Shown: one piece after another, positions 15,108-24,709 of the stretch
Position numbering within the stretch: the stretch's first letter is position 1
Layout of the letters: every line of letters begins with the position of its first letter
Source of the DNA: Pseudomonadota bacterium
GTDB lineage: Bacteria; Pseudomonadota; Alphaproteobacteria; Caulobacterales; Caulobacteraceae
NCBI GenBank assembly: GCA_023409795.1
Contig: JAEYQX010000087.1
Coordinates: 284 to 64,283, forward strand
Reading direction: 5' to 3'
Length of the DNA: 64,000 nucleotides
Program-made: the position numbers and the translations under genes
Notes under the pieces: generated by a model
The model's database searches: none
What the model was told of the DNA's origin: nothing
What the model saw: the letters and a program-made list of their open reading frames with translations, nothing else

Positions 15108-15848
15108 GTGTCTCTTAATGCCTTGGTGACCGGTGGCACAAAGGGCCTGGGCCTGGTGACGGCCCGTCGACTGTCGGCTGAAGGATACCGCGTTTTCGTC
15201 TGTGGCCGCACGGATCCTGAGGATCTGGAAGGCCTGGAATTCCTGCGCTGTGACGTGCGCGACCCTCAGGATGTAGCGGCCATGATCGACGGGATCCGGC
15301 AACGCGCCGGCCCACTCCATGTCCTCGTCAATAATGCCGGCGGCTCGCCTCCCAGTGATGCGGCCACGGCTTCGCCGCGCTTTGCCGAGAAGATCGTGGG
15401 GCTTAACCTGATGGCCCCGCTGTGGCTGTCCCAGGCCGTCCATGCCGACATGGCCCAAAACGGTGGCAGCATCATCAATATCTCGAGTGTATCGGCGCTG
15501 CGGCCCTCGCCGGGAACCTCGGTCTATGCGGCTGCCAAGGGCGGGCTGGTGGCCCTGACCCGGAGCCTGGCCAATGAATGGGGGCCCAATATCCGGGTCA
15601 ATGCCGTCGTCGTGGGCTATATCGAAACCGAGCAGACTTCGGCCACCTATGGCACCGATGGCACCCAGGCGGCCATCAGCCGCAACATTGGCCTGAAACG
15701 CCTGGGGCGTAGCCAGGAGATTGCCGAGGCGGTGGCCTGGCTGGCGTCAGAGGCTTCGTCCTATGTGTCAGGAGCCGTGCTGGAGGTCCACGGCGGCGGC
15801 GAGCGCCCCGCCTTCCTCGATATCCTGGAGCGGAGCCAGACAGCATGA
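15108..15848 (+). CDS. Short-chain dehydrogenase/reductase
   Basis: TGGTKGLG, NNAG, YAAAK; GGAGGG RBS before GTG 15108. Confidence 0.88.
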   Translation: MSLNALVTGGTKGLGLVTARRLSAEGYRVFVCGRTDPEDLEGLEFLRCDVRDPQDVAAMIDGIRQRAGPLHVLVNNAGGSPPSDAATASPRFAEKIVGLNLMAPLWLSQAVHADMAQNGGSIINISSVSALRPSPGTSVYAAAKGGLVALTRSLANEWGPNIRVNAVVVGYIETEQTSATYGTDGTQAAISRNIGLKRLGRSQEIAEAVAWLASEASSYVSGAVLEVHGGGERPAFLDILERSQTA

Positions 15849-17092
15849 CGGCGCACCTGGCAGCCCGTCCGGTCCAGATAGGGCCGATCACCCTGCGCAA
15901 CCGCTATATCCGCGCCGGGGCCAATGAGATGATGACCGTGGGGCACGCGCCCTCGGCCTCCCTGCTGAAGTTCCACGAGCGGCTGGCCGCAGGTCAGGTG
16001 GGCATGACGACCCTGGCCTATATTGCCGTATCGGATGACGGCCGCACCTTTGAGGAACAGGGGGTTATCTCGCCCCGCACCGTGGCTGACTATCGGGCCA
16101 TTACCTCGGCGGTGCACGCCCAGGGGGCCAGGGCGTCGGCCCAGATCACCCACGCGGGCAGTTTCGTCCAGCACAGGACGCTTTCGACCCCCCGTGCAGG
16201 TTCGGCGGATGGCGGCCTTGACAAGGTGGGGATTTCGGTAGGGCGCTGGCTGCAGCGGCGGATGGACCGCAAGGACATGGATGCGGTCATCGCCGAGTTC
16301 GTGACCGCGGCAGAGCTGTGCCGGGATGCCGGGTTTGACGCGGTCGAGATCCATATGGGCCACGGCTATCTGCTCAACCAGTTCATTTCCCGGCTGTCCA
16401 ACCATAGGCGCGATGCCTATGGCGGCAGTGCCGAAAACCGCGTCCGCTTCCCCGCAGAGGTGGCCGCTGCGGTCAAGGCCGCCGTGGGCCAGGATCTGGC
16501 CGTCCTGGCCAAGATCAACCTGCATGACGGGGTCAAGGGCGGTGGCACCGTCGATGACGCCATCGTAACGGCACAGGCGCTGGAAGCTGCCGGCGTGGAC
16601 ATGCTGGTCCTGTCGGGCGGACGCAATATCGAGTCCTCCTGGGCCCTGTTCAACGCGCCTCTGCCCTATGACGACCTGCGCAAGGTGAACCCCGGCTTCG
16701 GCTCCTGGCTGCAGTTTGCCCTGCTGGAGGCAGCGACACCCAAGGACGTGAAGTTCCGCGAGCTCTACTTCCTGGAGGCGGCCCGCAGGGTTCGCCAGGC
16801 CGTCGAATGCCAGCTGGGCTATATCGGTGGGGTGCTGGGCGCGGAGGCGGCAGAAGCTGTGCTGGCCGAAGGGTTCGATGCCATTGTCATGGCGCGGGCC
16901 CTGGTCCATGAGCCGGCCCTGGTGGCGCGCTTCCTTCAGGACCCGACCGCGCGATCGGCCTGTATCAGCTGCAACCGCTGCGTTGCCACCATGTACACGC
17001 CAGCCGGGTTGAAGTGCCCGATCACGGATAATGGTTTTCCTGAGGACCTGAACAGAATTCCAGCCGGTGAGCTGGGGGAGGGTGGACTATGA
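15845..17092 (+). CDS. NADH:flavin oxidoreductase (old yellow enzyme family) with C-terminal Cys cluster
   Basis: AGFDAVEIHMGHGYLLNQFIS..N.R.D.YGGS.ENR; CISCNRC...C motif. Confidence 0.88.
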   Translation: MTAHLAARPVQIGPITLRNRYIRAGANEMMTVGHAPSASLLKFHERLAAGQVGMTTLAYIAVSDDGRTFEEQGVISPRTVADYRAITSAVHAQGARASAQITHAGSFVQHRTLSTPRAGSADGGLDKVGISVGRWLQRRMDRKDMDAVIAEFVTAAELCRDAGFDAVEIHMGHGYLLNQFISRLSNHRRDAYGGSAENRVRFPAEVAAAVKAAVGQDLAVLAKINLHDGVKGGGTVDDAIVTAQALEAAGVDMLVLSGGRNIESSWALFNAPLPYDDLRKVNPGFGSWLQFALLEAATPKDVKFRELYFLEAARRVRQAVECQLGYIGGVLGAEAAEAVLAEGFDAIVMARALVHEPALVARFLQDPTARSACISCNRCVATMYTPAGLKCPITDNGFPEDLNRIPAGELGEGGL

Positions 17093-17838
17093 GTTTTGCC
17101 GGAAAAGTCGTCATCATTACGGGAGCAGGCTCGGGCATAGGCCAAGCCACCGCTCTGCGTTTCGCGTCTTCGGGGGCCATTGTGGCCCTTGTCGACATCA
17201 ATGCCGAGGGGCTGGACGCCACCATCGGCCAGTTGCCTAAGGATGCGGCCGTTTCCCGCCACGTCGTGGACCTGGCCGTGCCCGCCAACTGTGATGCCCT
17301 CGTGGCAGAGGTGGTCGAAGCCCACGGCAAGCTGGATGTTCTGGCCAACGTGGCCGGTATCCTGGATTGGTCGCCACTGGGCCAGTTCACGGCAGAGCGT
17401 TGGGAGCGGCTGGTGAGCGTGAACATGGCCAGCGTCTTCTTCCTTAGCCAGGCGGCTGTACCGCATCTGAAGGCAAGCCAGGGCAATATCGTCAATGTGG
17501 CCTCAGCTGCGGCCCTGGCCGGGATCGCCTATAACTCAGCCTACTGTGCCACCAAGGCTGGCGTGGTCGGCATGACCAAGGCCATGGCCGTGGAACTGGC
17601 GGCAGAGCAGGTGCGGGTCAACGCTGTATGCCCGTCGGGGGTCTCGACGCCGATGATCATGTCGGCTGGCCTGCCAGAGGGCGCGGACATGGCCCTGATT
17701 GCCCGCTCGGCCCCGAAGATGGGCCGCTTCATCGAGGCGGATGAGGTGGCAGCTTCCATCCTCTACCTGGCATCACAGGATGCGCGTTCGATCTCGGGAT
17801 CGATCCTGGCCGTGGATAGTGCGCAGACGGCGGGCTGA
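17089..17838 (+). CDS. Short-chain dehydrogenase/reductase
   Basis: TGAGSGIG, NVAG, YCATK. Confidence 0.88.
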   Translation: MSFAGKVVIITGAGSGIGQATALRFASSGAIVALVDINAEGLDATIGQLPKDAAVSRHVVDLAVPANCDALVAEVVEAHGKLDVLANVAGILDWSPLGQFTAERWERLVSVNMASVFFLSQAAVPHLKASQGNIVNVASAAALAGIAYNSAYCATKAGVVGMTKAMAVELAAEQVRVNAVCPSGVSTPMIMSAGLPEGADMALIARSAPKMGRFIEADEVAASILYLASQDARSISGSILAVDSAQTAG

Positions 17839-17862
17839 GGGGGTTTCGGTCTGTGACACTGT

Positions 17863-17895
17863 GGGGCCCGAAGCGACTTCGGGCCCCTTTCCTTT
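17863..17895 (+). terminator. Intrinsic terminator
   Basis: GGGGCCCGAAG-CGA-CTTCGGGCCCC followed by TTTCCTTT. Confidence 0.8.
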
Positions 17896-17905
17896 GTCGT
17901 AATGG

Positions 17906-19828
17906 CTACCGGATCAGGTGGAAGGCTTCTGGAGCAGGCTCGCGGGAAACGTTCCAGTAGTCGACCAGGCGATAGGGCCAGGACATGAAGTTCCGTCCCT
18001 TGGAGTTGTTGTAGTAGCTGTTCGCCTTGGGGTGGGACCAGATCATGTCCTGCATCCGCTCCTCGATCTGGCGGTTCCAGGCCTCAAAGGCTTCCACGGT
18101 CGGTTCAATGGCCTTGGCATCTGCGGCCACCACCCGGTCCAGGCACTCAATGATGTAGTGGATCTGGGCCTCGGACAGCAGGTTCTGGCCTGCGGCGTGG
18201 TTGGGGGCGCTATTGGGGCCAACGGTCAGGAAGAAGTTCGGGAACCCGGGGGCAGTCACGCCCAGATAGGACCTGGGATCCTCGTCGCCCCAGATTTCGC
18301 CCAGGTTGGCTCCCTCGCGTCCCGTGACAACCAGCGGCCCCAGCGCCTTGGCGGTAATGAAGCCTGTCGCGAAGATGATGATATCCGCTTCGATCTCCTG
18401 GCCATCGCGCGTGACCACGCCGGTTTCGGTGATGCGGGTGACTTCCGTATTTTCCAGGCGGGCATTGGGGTGCCGCAAGGCCTGGAACCAGCCGGCATCC
18501 AGAAGCAGGCGCTTGGAGAAGATGGGGAAGTCCGGCAGCAGCTTCTCGAAGAGATCCGGTCGGCCGGCGTCGATCGTGTTGGCCTTCAGATAGTTGACGG
18601 CGATGTTGTACATCATGTCGTTGACGGCCGAGACCGAGGTCGGGTGATCTTTCCACTCGGGGTCCTTCAGGACGTTGATGAACAGGCCATCGCCTGCGAA
18701 CCAGAAGACGCGGAAGCGGAACCACTCCCGGTATTTGGGAATGTGGCGCATGGCGAACAGGACGCCATCATTGACCTCGTCCTTGATCTCCGGGTTCAGG
18801 AGCAGCCAGTGCTTGTCGCGCTGCAGGACCGTCAGGGATTCTACCTTGTCCACGATGGCGGGAGCGATCTGGACGGCACTGGCCCCGGCGCCGATCAGGA
18901 TCACCTTCTTGTCGGTGACGTCGATCGAGGGATTCCAGCCTGCCGTGTGAACCGCGATGCCCTTGAACTGGTCGAGCCCGGGAATGGGGGGCATACGCCA
19001 GCGATTGAGCGGCCCATGGGCGTTGATCACTGCCTTGGCCGTGACCTTTTCCTCGGACCCGTCAGCCTTTTGCAGGATGACATCCCAATGCTTCGCGACG
19101 TCGTCCCAGTGACAGGCCAGGACACGGGTATTGAAGCGGGTCTTGGAACGGATTTCATACTTGTCGGCCACGCGCAGCAGGTAGTCCTGCATCTCGCGAG
19201 CCTTGGGGTAATAGGTGCGCCACTCGGGATTGATCTCGAACGAGTAGGAATAGAAGTGGCTGGGCGTGTCGACGCCGCAACCGGGGTAGACGTTCTCGTA
19301 CCAGGTGCCGCCGACTTCCGGGTTCTTCTCGATCAGGACGTGATCATAGCCTGCTTCGGTCAGTTTGATGGAGGCGGCGATGCCCGTGAGCCCCGCGCCG
19401 ATGATCAGGACCTTGAAGTCCGGAGGTGGCGCGGCGCGGTCCGGCCGCGCGGAACGGGCGACAGGCTGCTCAAAGCCCATCTGCTCCAGGATCATCGGCA
19501 CGCTTTCGGTATCCACGGCCTCACCGACGGCCACGGACATCATCTTCTGCATGGTCGGGGCGTCAAAGGCCAGCGGTGCCTTGCCTGAGGGATCGGTCAG
19601 GACATCGAACAGGCGCTGGCGCAGATCCGCTGCCATCTCGGCCGGGATCGGCTTCTGTTCCGGTGCGTAGGGGGTGGTGATGTAGGGCGAGAACTGGTCC
19701 AGCAAGGCGAGTTCGCCAGTGAGGTGGACATAGACCATCAGGAGGGTCGGCAAGTGGGCCTGGTCGAGGCTGTTGCGCAGTTCAGGGGTCGGTTTCAGGG
19801 GCAGCTGTGGTTCACTTGAGTGGGGCAT
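17906..19828 (-). CDS. Type I Baeyer-Villiger monooxygenase with N-terminal extension (HAPMO-like architecture)
   Basis: GAGLTG, GGTWYENVYPGCGVD, FxGxxxHxxxW fingerprint (FKGIAVHTAGW), GAGASA; about 135 aa extension before the first Rossmann motif. Confidence 0.9.
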   Translation of the reverse strand: MPHSSEPQLPLKPTPELRNSLDQAHLPTLLMVYVHLTGELALLDQFSPYITTPYAPEQKPIPAEMAADLRQRLFDVLTDPSGKAPLAFDAPTMQKMMSVAVGEAVDTESVPMILEQMGFEQPVARSARPDRAAPPPDFKVLIIGAGLTGIAASIKLTEAGYDHVLIEKNPEVGGTWYENVYPGCGVDTPSHFYSYSFEINPEWRTYYPKAREMQDYLLRVADKYEIRSKTRFNTRVLACHWDDVAKHWDVILQKADGSEEKVTAKAVINAHGPLNRWRMPPIPGLDQFKGIAVHTAGWNPSIDVTDKKVILIGAGASAVQIAPAIVDKVESLTVLQRDKHWLLLNPEIKDEVNDGVLFAMRHIPKYREWFRFRVFWFAGDGLFINVLKDPEWKDHPTSVSAVNDMMYNIAVNYLKANTIDAGRPDLFEKLLPDFPIFSKRLLLDAGWFQALRHPNARLENTEVTRITETGVVTRDGQEIEADIIIFATGFITAKALGPLVVTGREGANLGEIWGDEDPRSYLGVTAPGFPNFFLTVGPNSAPNHAAGQNLLSEAQIHYIIECLDRVVAADAKAIEPTVEAFEAWNRQIEERMQDMIWSHPKANSYYNNSKGRNFMSWPYRLVDYWNVSREPAPEAFHLIR

Positions 19829-19850
19829 TGGATGTCTTCCTGCTCATAAC

Positions 19851-19864
19851 TGAACATTTGTATG
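19851..19864. promoter_or_regulatory. Candidate operator TGAACA-TT-TGTTCA, copy 1
   Basis: TGAACATTTGTATG just upstream of the BVMO start. Confidence 0.55.
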
Positions 19865-19934
19865 ATTTTATGTGAAGGCGCAAGAAGGCCGTCGCCAGGA
19901 GCGTCTTGCGAAAAGAGGAGCGGGACGGCGGAGG

Positions 19935-20696
19935 CTAGAGAGCGTCCGGTCGCATCAGGGCGTCTGTGCCGCCGTCGTTGTAGATGATCTGCCCCACCAT
20001 GTAGTGACCCTGAAGGGTGGCCAGGTGCAGCAGGGTCTCGGCGATTTCCTCAGGCTCGGCATAGCCGGTGACCGCCATCGGATTGGACTGCGCCACCACG
20101 GCGGCCATGTTCTCATCAGCCAGCAGTGGCTCGGTCATGGCCGTCCTGACCACGCCAGGCGCGACCGCGTTCAGCAGTATGCCGGACCCCGCCCATTCTG
20201 GCTTGACGGCTGTCCGTCTCAGCCATCGTGCGAGAGCCAGCTTCGACGTGAGATAGACGGTCCAGGGATTGTCTGCGAGCGCGGCCTTGGCTCCTGCTTC
20301 GTCGCCGGCGAGGCAGGCGGCCACGACGGTTTCGTCGCCCCCCAAGAGGGCTGATGTCGAGCAGAGGGCAACGGCTCGACCCTTGTCGGCTTTCGCCAGC
20401 AAGGGACGAAGCCCGTCCAGGGTAGCCACGGCACCAAAATAGTTTACCGCCAACGTGGTTTCGGCCAGGTCTGGCCGTGACAGGCCCGCGGCCGCGATGA
20501 CGCCATCCAGGATACCACCTGACAGGCGTTCGGCCTCGCTGACCAGATGAAGCCTGCCTTCAGGGGTGGCCAGGTCGGCCAGGATATCGGCGTCCTTCAG
20601 GTCGGCCGTGATGACCCTGTGCCCCTGGGCGGCCAGGGCCTGGGCGGCGGCGCGGCCGATGCCTGAAGCGGCACCGGTGACAAGATGGGTGCCCAT
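19935..20696 (-). CDS. 3alpha-hydroxysteroid dehydrogenase/carbonyl reductase-like SDR
   Basis: TGAASGIG, ADLATPEGR, VNYFGA, YLTSK and C-terminal DGGTDALMRP resemble Comamonas 3alpha-HSD/CR as recalled. Confidence 0.75.
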   Translation of the reverse strand: MGTHLVTGAASGIGRAAAQALAAQGHRVITADLKDADILADLATPEGRLHLVSEAERLSGGILDGVIAAAGLSRPDLAETTLAVNYFGAVATLDGLRPLLAKADKGRAVALCSTSALLGGDETVVAACLAGDEAGAKAALADNPWTVYLTSKLALARWLRRTAVKPEWAGSGILLNAVAPGVVRTAMTEPLLADENMAAVVAQSNPMAVTGYAEPEEIAETLLHLATLQGHYMVGQIIYNDGGTDALMRPDAL

Positions 20697-21364
20697 CAGC
20701 TCAGCTCCACCACGGACAGGATGTGATTCTTGCTGCCCGGCCAGATGAAATCGAGCTCCAGCACCAGGCCGTCGCCTGTGGGACCATTGATCAGGAGGTC
20801 GGTGGCAATGAAGGCCTGCACCCCTTTGCGCCCGTAGGCGTGGCGATCCACCCCGCCGAAAATGGCCGAGGTATCCAGCCGGGCATCAATGGCCTCGTCT
20901 CCGGGCAGGGGACGATTGTAGGAAATCTCGACCCTGCCTTGCAGCAGGGGGTCATTCTGGGCGGCCTCGGTGATCCGGGTCATGGTGGCCTCGATATCCT
21001 CGAGGCTGTCTGACAGCAGGCCAAGGTGAAAGGCATATTCGGGATCGACCACCTGTGCGGCGCGCAGTTCAGCCACAGAGGGATGCTCGTTCGGTTGCCC
21101 AAAGCCCAGGGCTTCATGAACGGCATCAAAGAAGGCCCGTTGGGCGGGCGGGCAGCAGGAAACATAGACGATCCCATCGCCCCGGTCGAAATGCTCGGCG
21201 CTAATGACATAGCGGTAGAAGGGCCCCGTCGGCAGCGGCAACTCCTGCGTGCGGACAAAGCCCAGGAGTTCCAAAAGGCGAGCAGCCCCCGCCGCGTCGG
21301 CGGGACGCGGATAATGAAGGGCCAAATGGCCGATGCTTCGTCTCGCCTCTATGTGTTCTGACAC
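20696..21364 (-). CDS. Hypothetical protein, possible VOC/glyoxalase-like fold
   Basis: GGAGGG RBS before GTG; coupled to the downstream SDR; GHLALHY...LLGF, FHLGL and LELDF patterns. Confidence 0.65.
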   Translation of the reverse strand: MSEHIEARRSIGHLALHYPRPADAAGAARLLELLGFVRTQELPLPTGPFYRYVISAEHFDRGDGIVYVSCCPPAQRAFFDAVHEALGFGQPNEHPSVAELRAAQVVDPEYAFHLGLLSDSLEDIEATMTRITEAAQNDPLLQGRVEISYNRPLPGDEAIDARLDTSAIFGGVDRHAYGRKGVQAFIATDLLINGPTGDGLVLELDFIWPGSKNHILSVVELS

Positions 21365-21385
21365 GTCAGACCCTCCCGCTTTATC

Positions 21386-21399
21386 TGAACATTTGTTCG
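21386..21399. promoter_or_regulatory. Candidate operator TGAACA-TT-TGTTCA, copy 2
   Basis: TGAACATTTGTTCG just upstream of the 20696-21364 start. Confidence 0.55.
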
Positions 21400-21476
21400 A
21401 TATTGCGTGGAACCTGTCGATCCAGCAAGGAGAAACATGGCGGGCCGGCGATGAAAATATGCGCCGACCGATCCTG

Positions 21477-22646
21477 TCACCTCCCGCGCGGCTCGCGGGG
21501 CAGGCCAAGGCCGCGTTCAGAGATGATGTTCTTCTGGATCTCGCTGGCACCGGCATAGATGGTGTCGGCGCGCGAGAAGAGGAACATGTTGGGCAGCTTC
21601 TCGAAACGGCCTTCCTCGTCCAGAAGCTCGCCATCCTGTCCCAGCACGTCCATGGCCAGCTCACCCAGATCACGACGCCACGACGACCAGTAGAGCTTGT
21701 AGGTATAGGCCGCGCCCGAAAGCTTGGCGTTGTCCGTCCCTTCCAGCATTCGCAGGGCGTTGTAGCGCATGATCTTCAGGCCGATATGGGCCTGGGCGAT
21801 CTTCTGGCGGATGACGGGATCGCTTGCCTTGCCGTTGGCCTTGGCTGCGGCGATGACTTCATCCAGCTCGATCTGGAAATGCATCTGCTGGGCGAGGGTG
21901 GAGACGCCACGCTCATATCCCAGCAGCGCCATGGCAACGGCCCAGCCTTCGCCTTCGGCACCGATACGATCCGTTTCCAGAGCCACGGCATCGTCGAAGA
22001 AGACTTCGGCGAACTCGGCCTCGCCGGTGATCTGGGTGATCGGACGGGCCGTCACACCGGGCTGGTCCATAGGCACCAGGAGGAAGGACAGGCCCTTGGG
22101 GCCTAGGCTGCCTTCTTCGGTACGGGCCACGACGAAGCACCAGTCGGCAAAGGCCCCCATCGAAGTCCAGATCTTCTGGCCGTTGATGATGTATCTGCCG
22201 TTTTCCAGACGGGCGCGGGTCGAGACGGCGGCAAGGTCCGAACCGGCCCCCGGTTCGGAATAGCCCTGACACCAGATGACCTTGCCCTGATTGATGTCGG
22301 GCAGGAAGCGGGCCTTCTGGTCCTCATTGCCCATGGCGATCAGGGTCGGGGCCAGCAGTTCGACACCGAGGTGACCGACGCGGGGCGGCCCCTTGGCGCG
22401 GGCATACTCCTCGGCAAACACCACCTGTTCGGAGATGGAAGCGCTGCGGCCGCCGTATTCTTTCGGCCAGCCGATGGTGCTCCACCCGGCCGCACCAAGG
22501 GCGGCTTCCCACTCGCGGCGGCGCTCGACATTGTCGACCTGGTTGGACTGGCCGCGAATGTCGGCGAAGGGGCCGTCCAACTGCTCGCGCAGCCAGCCGG
22601 CCACCCCGGCGCGGAAGTCGGAAAGCTCGGGAGCGAACTCGCTCAT
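21477..22646 (-). CDS. fadE30: Acyl-CoA dehydrogenase, HIP pathway (FadE30/IpdE1-like)
   Basis: WCQGYSEPGAGSDLA, GQKIWTS, FLFSRADTIY.G..EIQ.NII.ER.LGLPRE; cluster context. Confidence 0.75.
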   Translation of the reverse strand: MSEFAPELSDFRAGVAGWLREQLDGPFADIRGQSNQVDNVERRREWEAALGAAGWSTIGWPKEYGGRSASISEQVVFAEEYARAKGPPRVGHLGVELLAPTLIAMGNEDQKARFLPDINQGKVIWCQGYSEPGAGSDLAAVSTRARLENGRYIINGQKIWTSMGAFADWCFVVARTEEGSLGPKGLSFLLVPMDQPGVTARPITQITGEAEFAEVFFDDAVALETDRIGAEGEGWAVAMALLGYERGVSTLAQQMHFQIELDEVIAAAKANGKASDPVIRQKIAQAHIGLKIMRYNALRMLEGTDNAKLSGAAYTYKLYWSSWRRDLGELAMDVLGQDGELLDEEGRFEKLPNMFLFSRADTIYAGASEIQKNIISERGLGLPREPRGR

Positions 22647-23851
22647 CAGGCGACCTCGAACAGTCCGGCTGCTCCCATGCCGCCCGCGACGCACATCGAC
22701 ACGACGACATATTTCACGCCGCGACGCTTGCCTTCGATCAGGGCGTGACCGACGAGGCGCGAGCCCGTCATGCCGAACGGGTGGCCGATGGCGATGCCGC
22801 CGCCGTTGACGTTCAGGATAGCCGGATCGATGTCGAGGTGGCGCTGGCAATAAACCGCCTGCGAGGCGAAGGCTTCGTTGATCTCGAACAGGCCGATGTC
22901 GCTCATCTTCAGGCCCGCTCGCTTCAGCAGCTTGGGAATGGCGAACACCGGACCGATGCCCATTTCCTCGGCCTTGCAGGCCGCCACCTGGAAGCCGCGA
23001 TAGATGCCCAGCACCGGCAGGTTCTCGGCCTGGGCCGTTTTCAGGTCCATCACGACCTGCGCCGATGCGCCGTCCGACAGCTGGCTGGCGTTGCCTGCGG
23101 TGATGTGGCGGCCTTCCTTGATGATCTGGCCGTCCTTGAAGACAGGTTTCAGGCCCGAAAGGGCTTCATAGGTCGTGCCCGGGCGGATGCCTTCATCGCT
23201 GGCAAGGGTGACGCCTTCCTCGCCGATCTCTTCGCCGGTCTTGGCGAACAGGGTCTTGGTGGTGGTGAAGGGGACGATCTCGTCATCGAACAGGCCGGCG
23301 GCCTGGGCCGCGGCGGCGCGCTGCTGGCTCCGGGCGGCGAAATGGTCCTGATCTTCGCGCGAGACATTATAGTGGTCGGCGACCAGTTCGGCGGTCTCGA
23401 TCATCGCCATATAGGCGTGCGGATCGTGCTGTTTCACCAGTTCCGAACGGTTGCGATAGGTCGGGGCGTGCTTGTTGATGGTCAGCGAGATGCTTTCCAT
23501 GCCACCCGCCACGGCTGCATCCAGTTCGTCGGCAATGATGCCGCGCGCGGCCAGAGCAATGGCATTCAGGCCCGACGAGCATTTGCGGTCCAGGGTGAAG
23601 CCCGCGACCGTTTCGTCCGGCAGGCGCGAGGCATGCACGCTGAGGCGGCCAAGGTTGTAGCTCTGAGTGCCCCAGTGGTTGCCGACGCCAAGGTAGACGT
23701 CGTCGATGCGGGCCGGATCAATGCCGGCGCGATCAAGGGCGGCGTCGATGACGTGGGCCGAAAGGGCAGGGGCTTCGGTGTTGTTCAGGGCTCCGCGATA
23801 GGCCTTGCCGACGCCGGTGCGGGCAGTGGAGATAATGGCAGCTTCGCGCAT
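22646..23851 (-). CDS. Acetyl-CoA C-acyltransferase (thiolase)
   Basis: DRKCSSG, NEAFA, GHPFGMTG, CVAGGMG. Confidence 0.9.
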   Translation of the reverse strand: MREAAIISTARTGVGKAYRGALNNTEAPALSAHVIDAALDRAGIDPARIDDVYLGVGNHWGTQSYNLGRLSVHASRLPDETVAGFTLDRKCSSGLNAIALAARGIIADELDAAVAGGMESISLTINKHAPTYRNRSELVKQHDPHAYMAMIETAELVADHYNVSREDQDHFAARSQQRAAAAQAAGLFDDEIVPFTTTKTLFAKTGEEIGEEGVTLASDEGIRPGTTYEALSGLKPVFKDGQIIKEGRHITAGNASQLSDGASAQVVMDLKTAQAENLPVLGIYRGFQVAACKAEEMGIGPVFAIPKLLKRAGLKMSDIGLFEINEAFASQAVYCQRHLDIDPAILNVNGGGIAIGHPFGMTGSRLVGHALIEGKRRGVKYVVVSMCVAGGMGAAGLFEVA

Positions 23852-24240
23852 CAGGCTTGCTCCTTGAAACCGTGCATGTTGTTGGGGCCCCAATAGGCGG
23901 TCATCTGCTTGATCAGGCCGTCGGGGTTGAATTCGAAAGTGTCGATGACATCGATCCGCCCTTCGCCGTGCGGCAGGGTCAGGTGGACGCTGAAGGCAAA
24001 GGCCGCGACATTGGCTGCCGTGCGGACAGGCCCGGACAATGACAGTGTCGCGCCGGTGGCCATCGAGGTCTGATAAAAGGCGAGGATGGCGTCTTTCCCC
24101 TGGATCGGCGTGGCATCCACAGGGTCCCGCACAATGGCATCGAGGGCATAAAGCTGCGCGACCGCCTCGGCGTCACCGCGCTCGAAAGCCGCGACATAGG
24201 CGCTGACCGTCTCGGTCATCATCTGTGGCGACAAGGCCAT
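23851..24240 (-). CDS. ksi: Delta5-3-ketosteroid isomerase
   Basis: NTF2 fold with catalytic Tyr (SAYVAA), Asp (RDPV) and Asp (VIDTF); VRTAANVAAFAF resembles Comamonas KSI. Confidence 0.88.
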   Translation of the reverse strand: MALSPQMMTETVSAYVAAFERGDAEAVAQLYALDAIVRDPVDATPIQGKDAILAFYQTSMATGATLSLSGPVRTAANVAAFAFSVHLTLPHGEGRIDVIDTFEFNPDGLIKQMTAYWGPNNMHGFKEQA

Positions 24241-24251
24241 GATCTTGCCTC

Positions 24252-24707
24252 TCAGGGTAGATAGCGGCTGATGGTCGAGGCGATGCAGGCGGGCTTGTCG
24301 TGCCCTTCGATCTCGACGGTGACGTCGACCGTGACCTGTACGCCGGTGCCTTTTTGCTCGACCTTGCTGATCACGCCCCGGCCGCGAATGCGCGAGCCGA
24401 CCTTGACCGGTGCGAGAAAACGGACCTTGTCGAGGCCGATATTGAGGCCAGATGACACGCCGTTGACCGTGATAAGGTCAGGCATGAAGGCATTGACCAG
24501 GGCCAGGGTGAGATAGCCGTGGGCGATCGTGCCTCCGAAGGGACCGTCCCTGGCCCCATCCGGGTCGACGTGAATCCACTGCAGGTCGCCGGTAAGCATG
24601 CCAAAGCGGGTGACGCGGTCCTGTTCGATGGTGAGCCAGTCGGTGTGACCCAGGTCGTGGCCTTCAGCCGATAGCAGGGCCTGGGGCGTATCGAAGACGG
24701 CACCCAT
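24252..24707 (-). CDS. MaoC-family (R)-hydratase/dehydratase
   Basis: TGDLQWIHVDP, GPFGGTIAHGYLTL, VRFLAPV. Confidence 0.88.
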   Translation of the reverse strand: MGAVFDTPQALLSAEGHDLGHTDWLTIEQDRVTRFGMLTGDLQWIHVDPDGARDGPFGGTIAHGYLTLALVNAFMPDLITVNGVSSGLNIGLDKVRFLAPVKVGSRIRGRGVISKVEQKGTGVQVTVDVTVEIEGHDKPACIASTISRYLP

Positions 24708-24709
24708 GA

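Noticed and set aside
19851..19864. KstR box
   Set aside because: The KstR consensus TnnAACnnGTTnnA has a 2-nt AAC/GTT spacing; this motif has 4 nt, so it is a different operator.
21403..21409. Additional TTGCGTG half-site
   Set aside because: No partner site at the 18- or 32-nt spacing was seen; not counted in the phased set.
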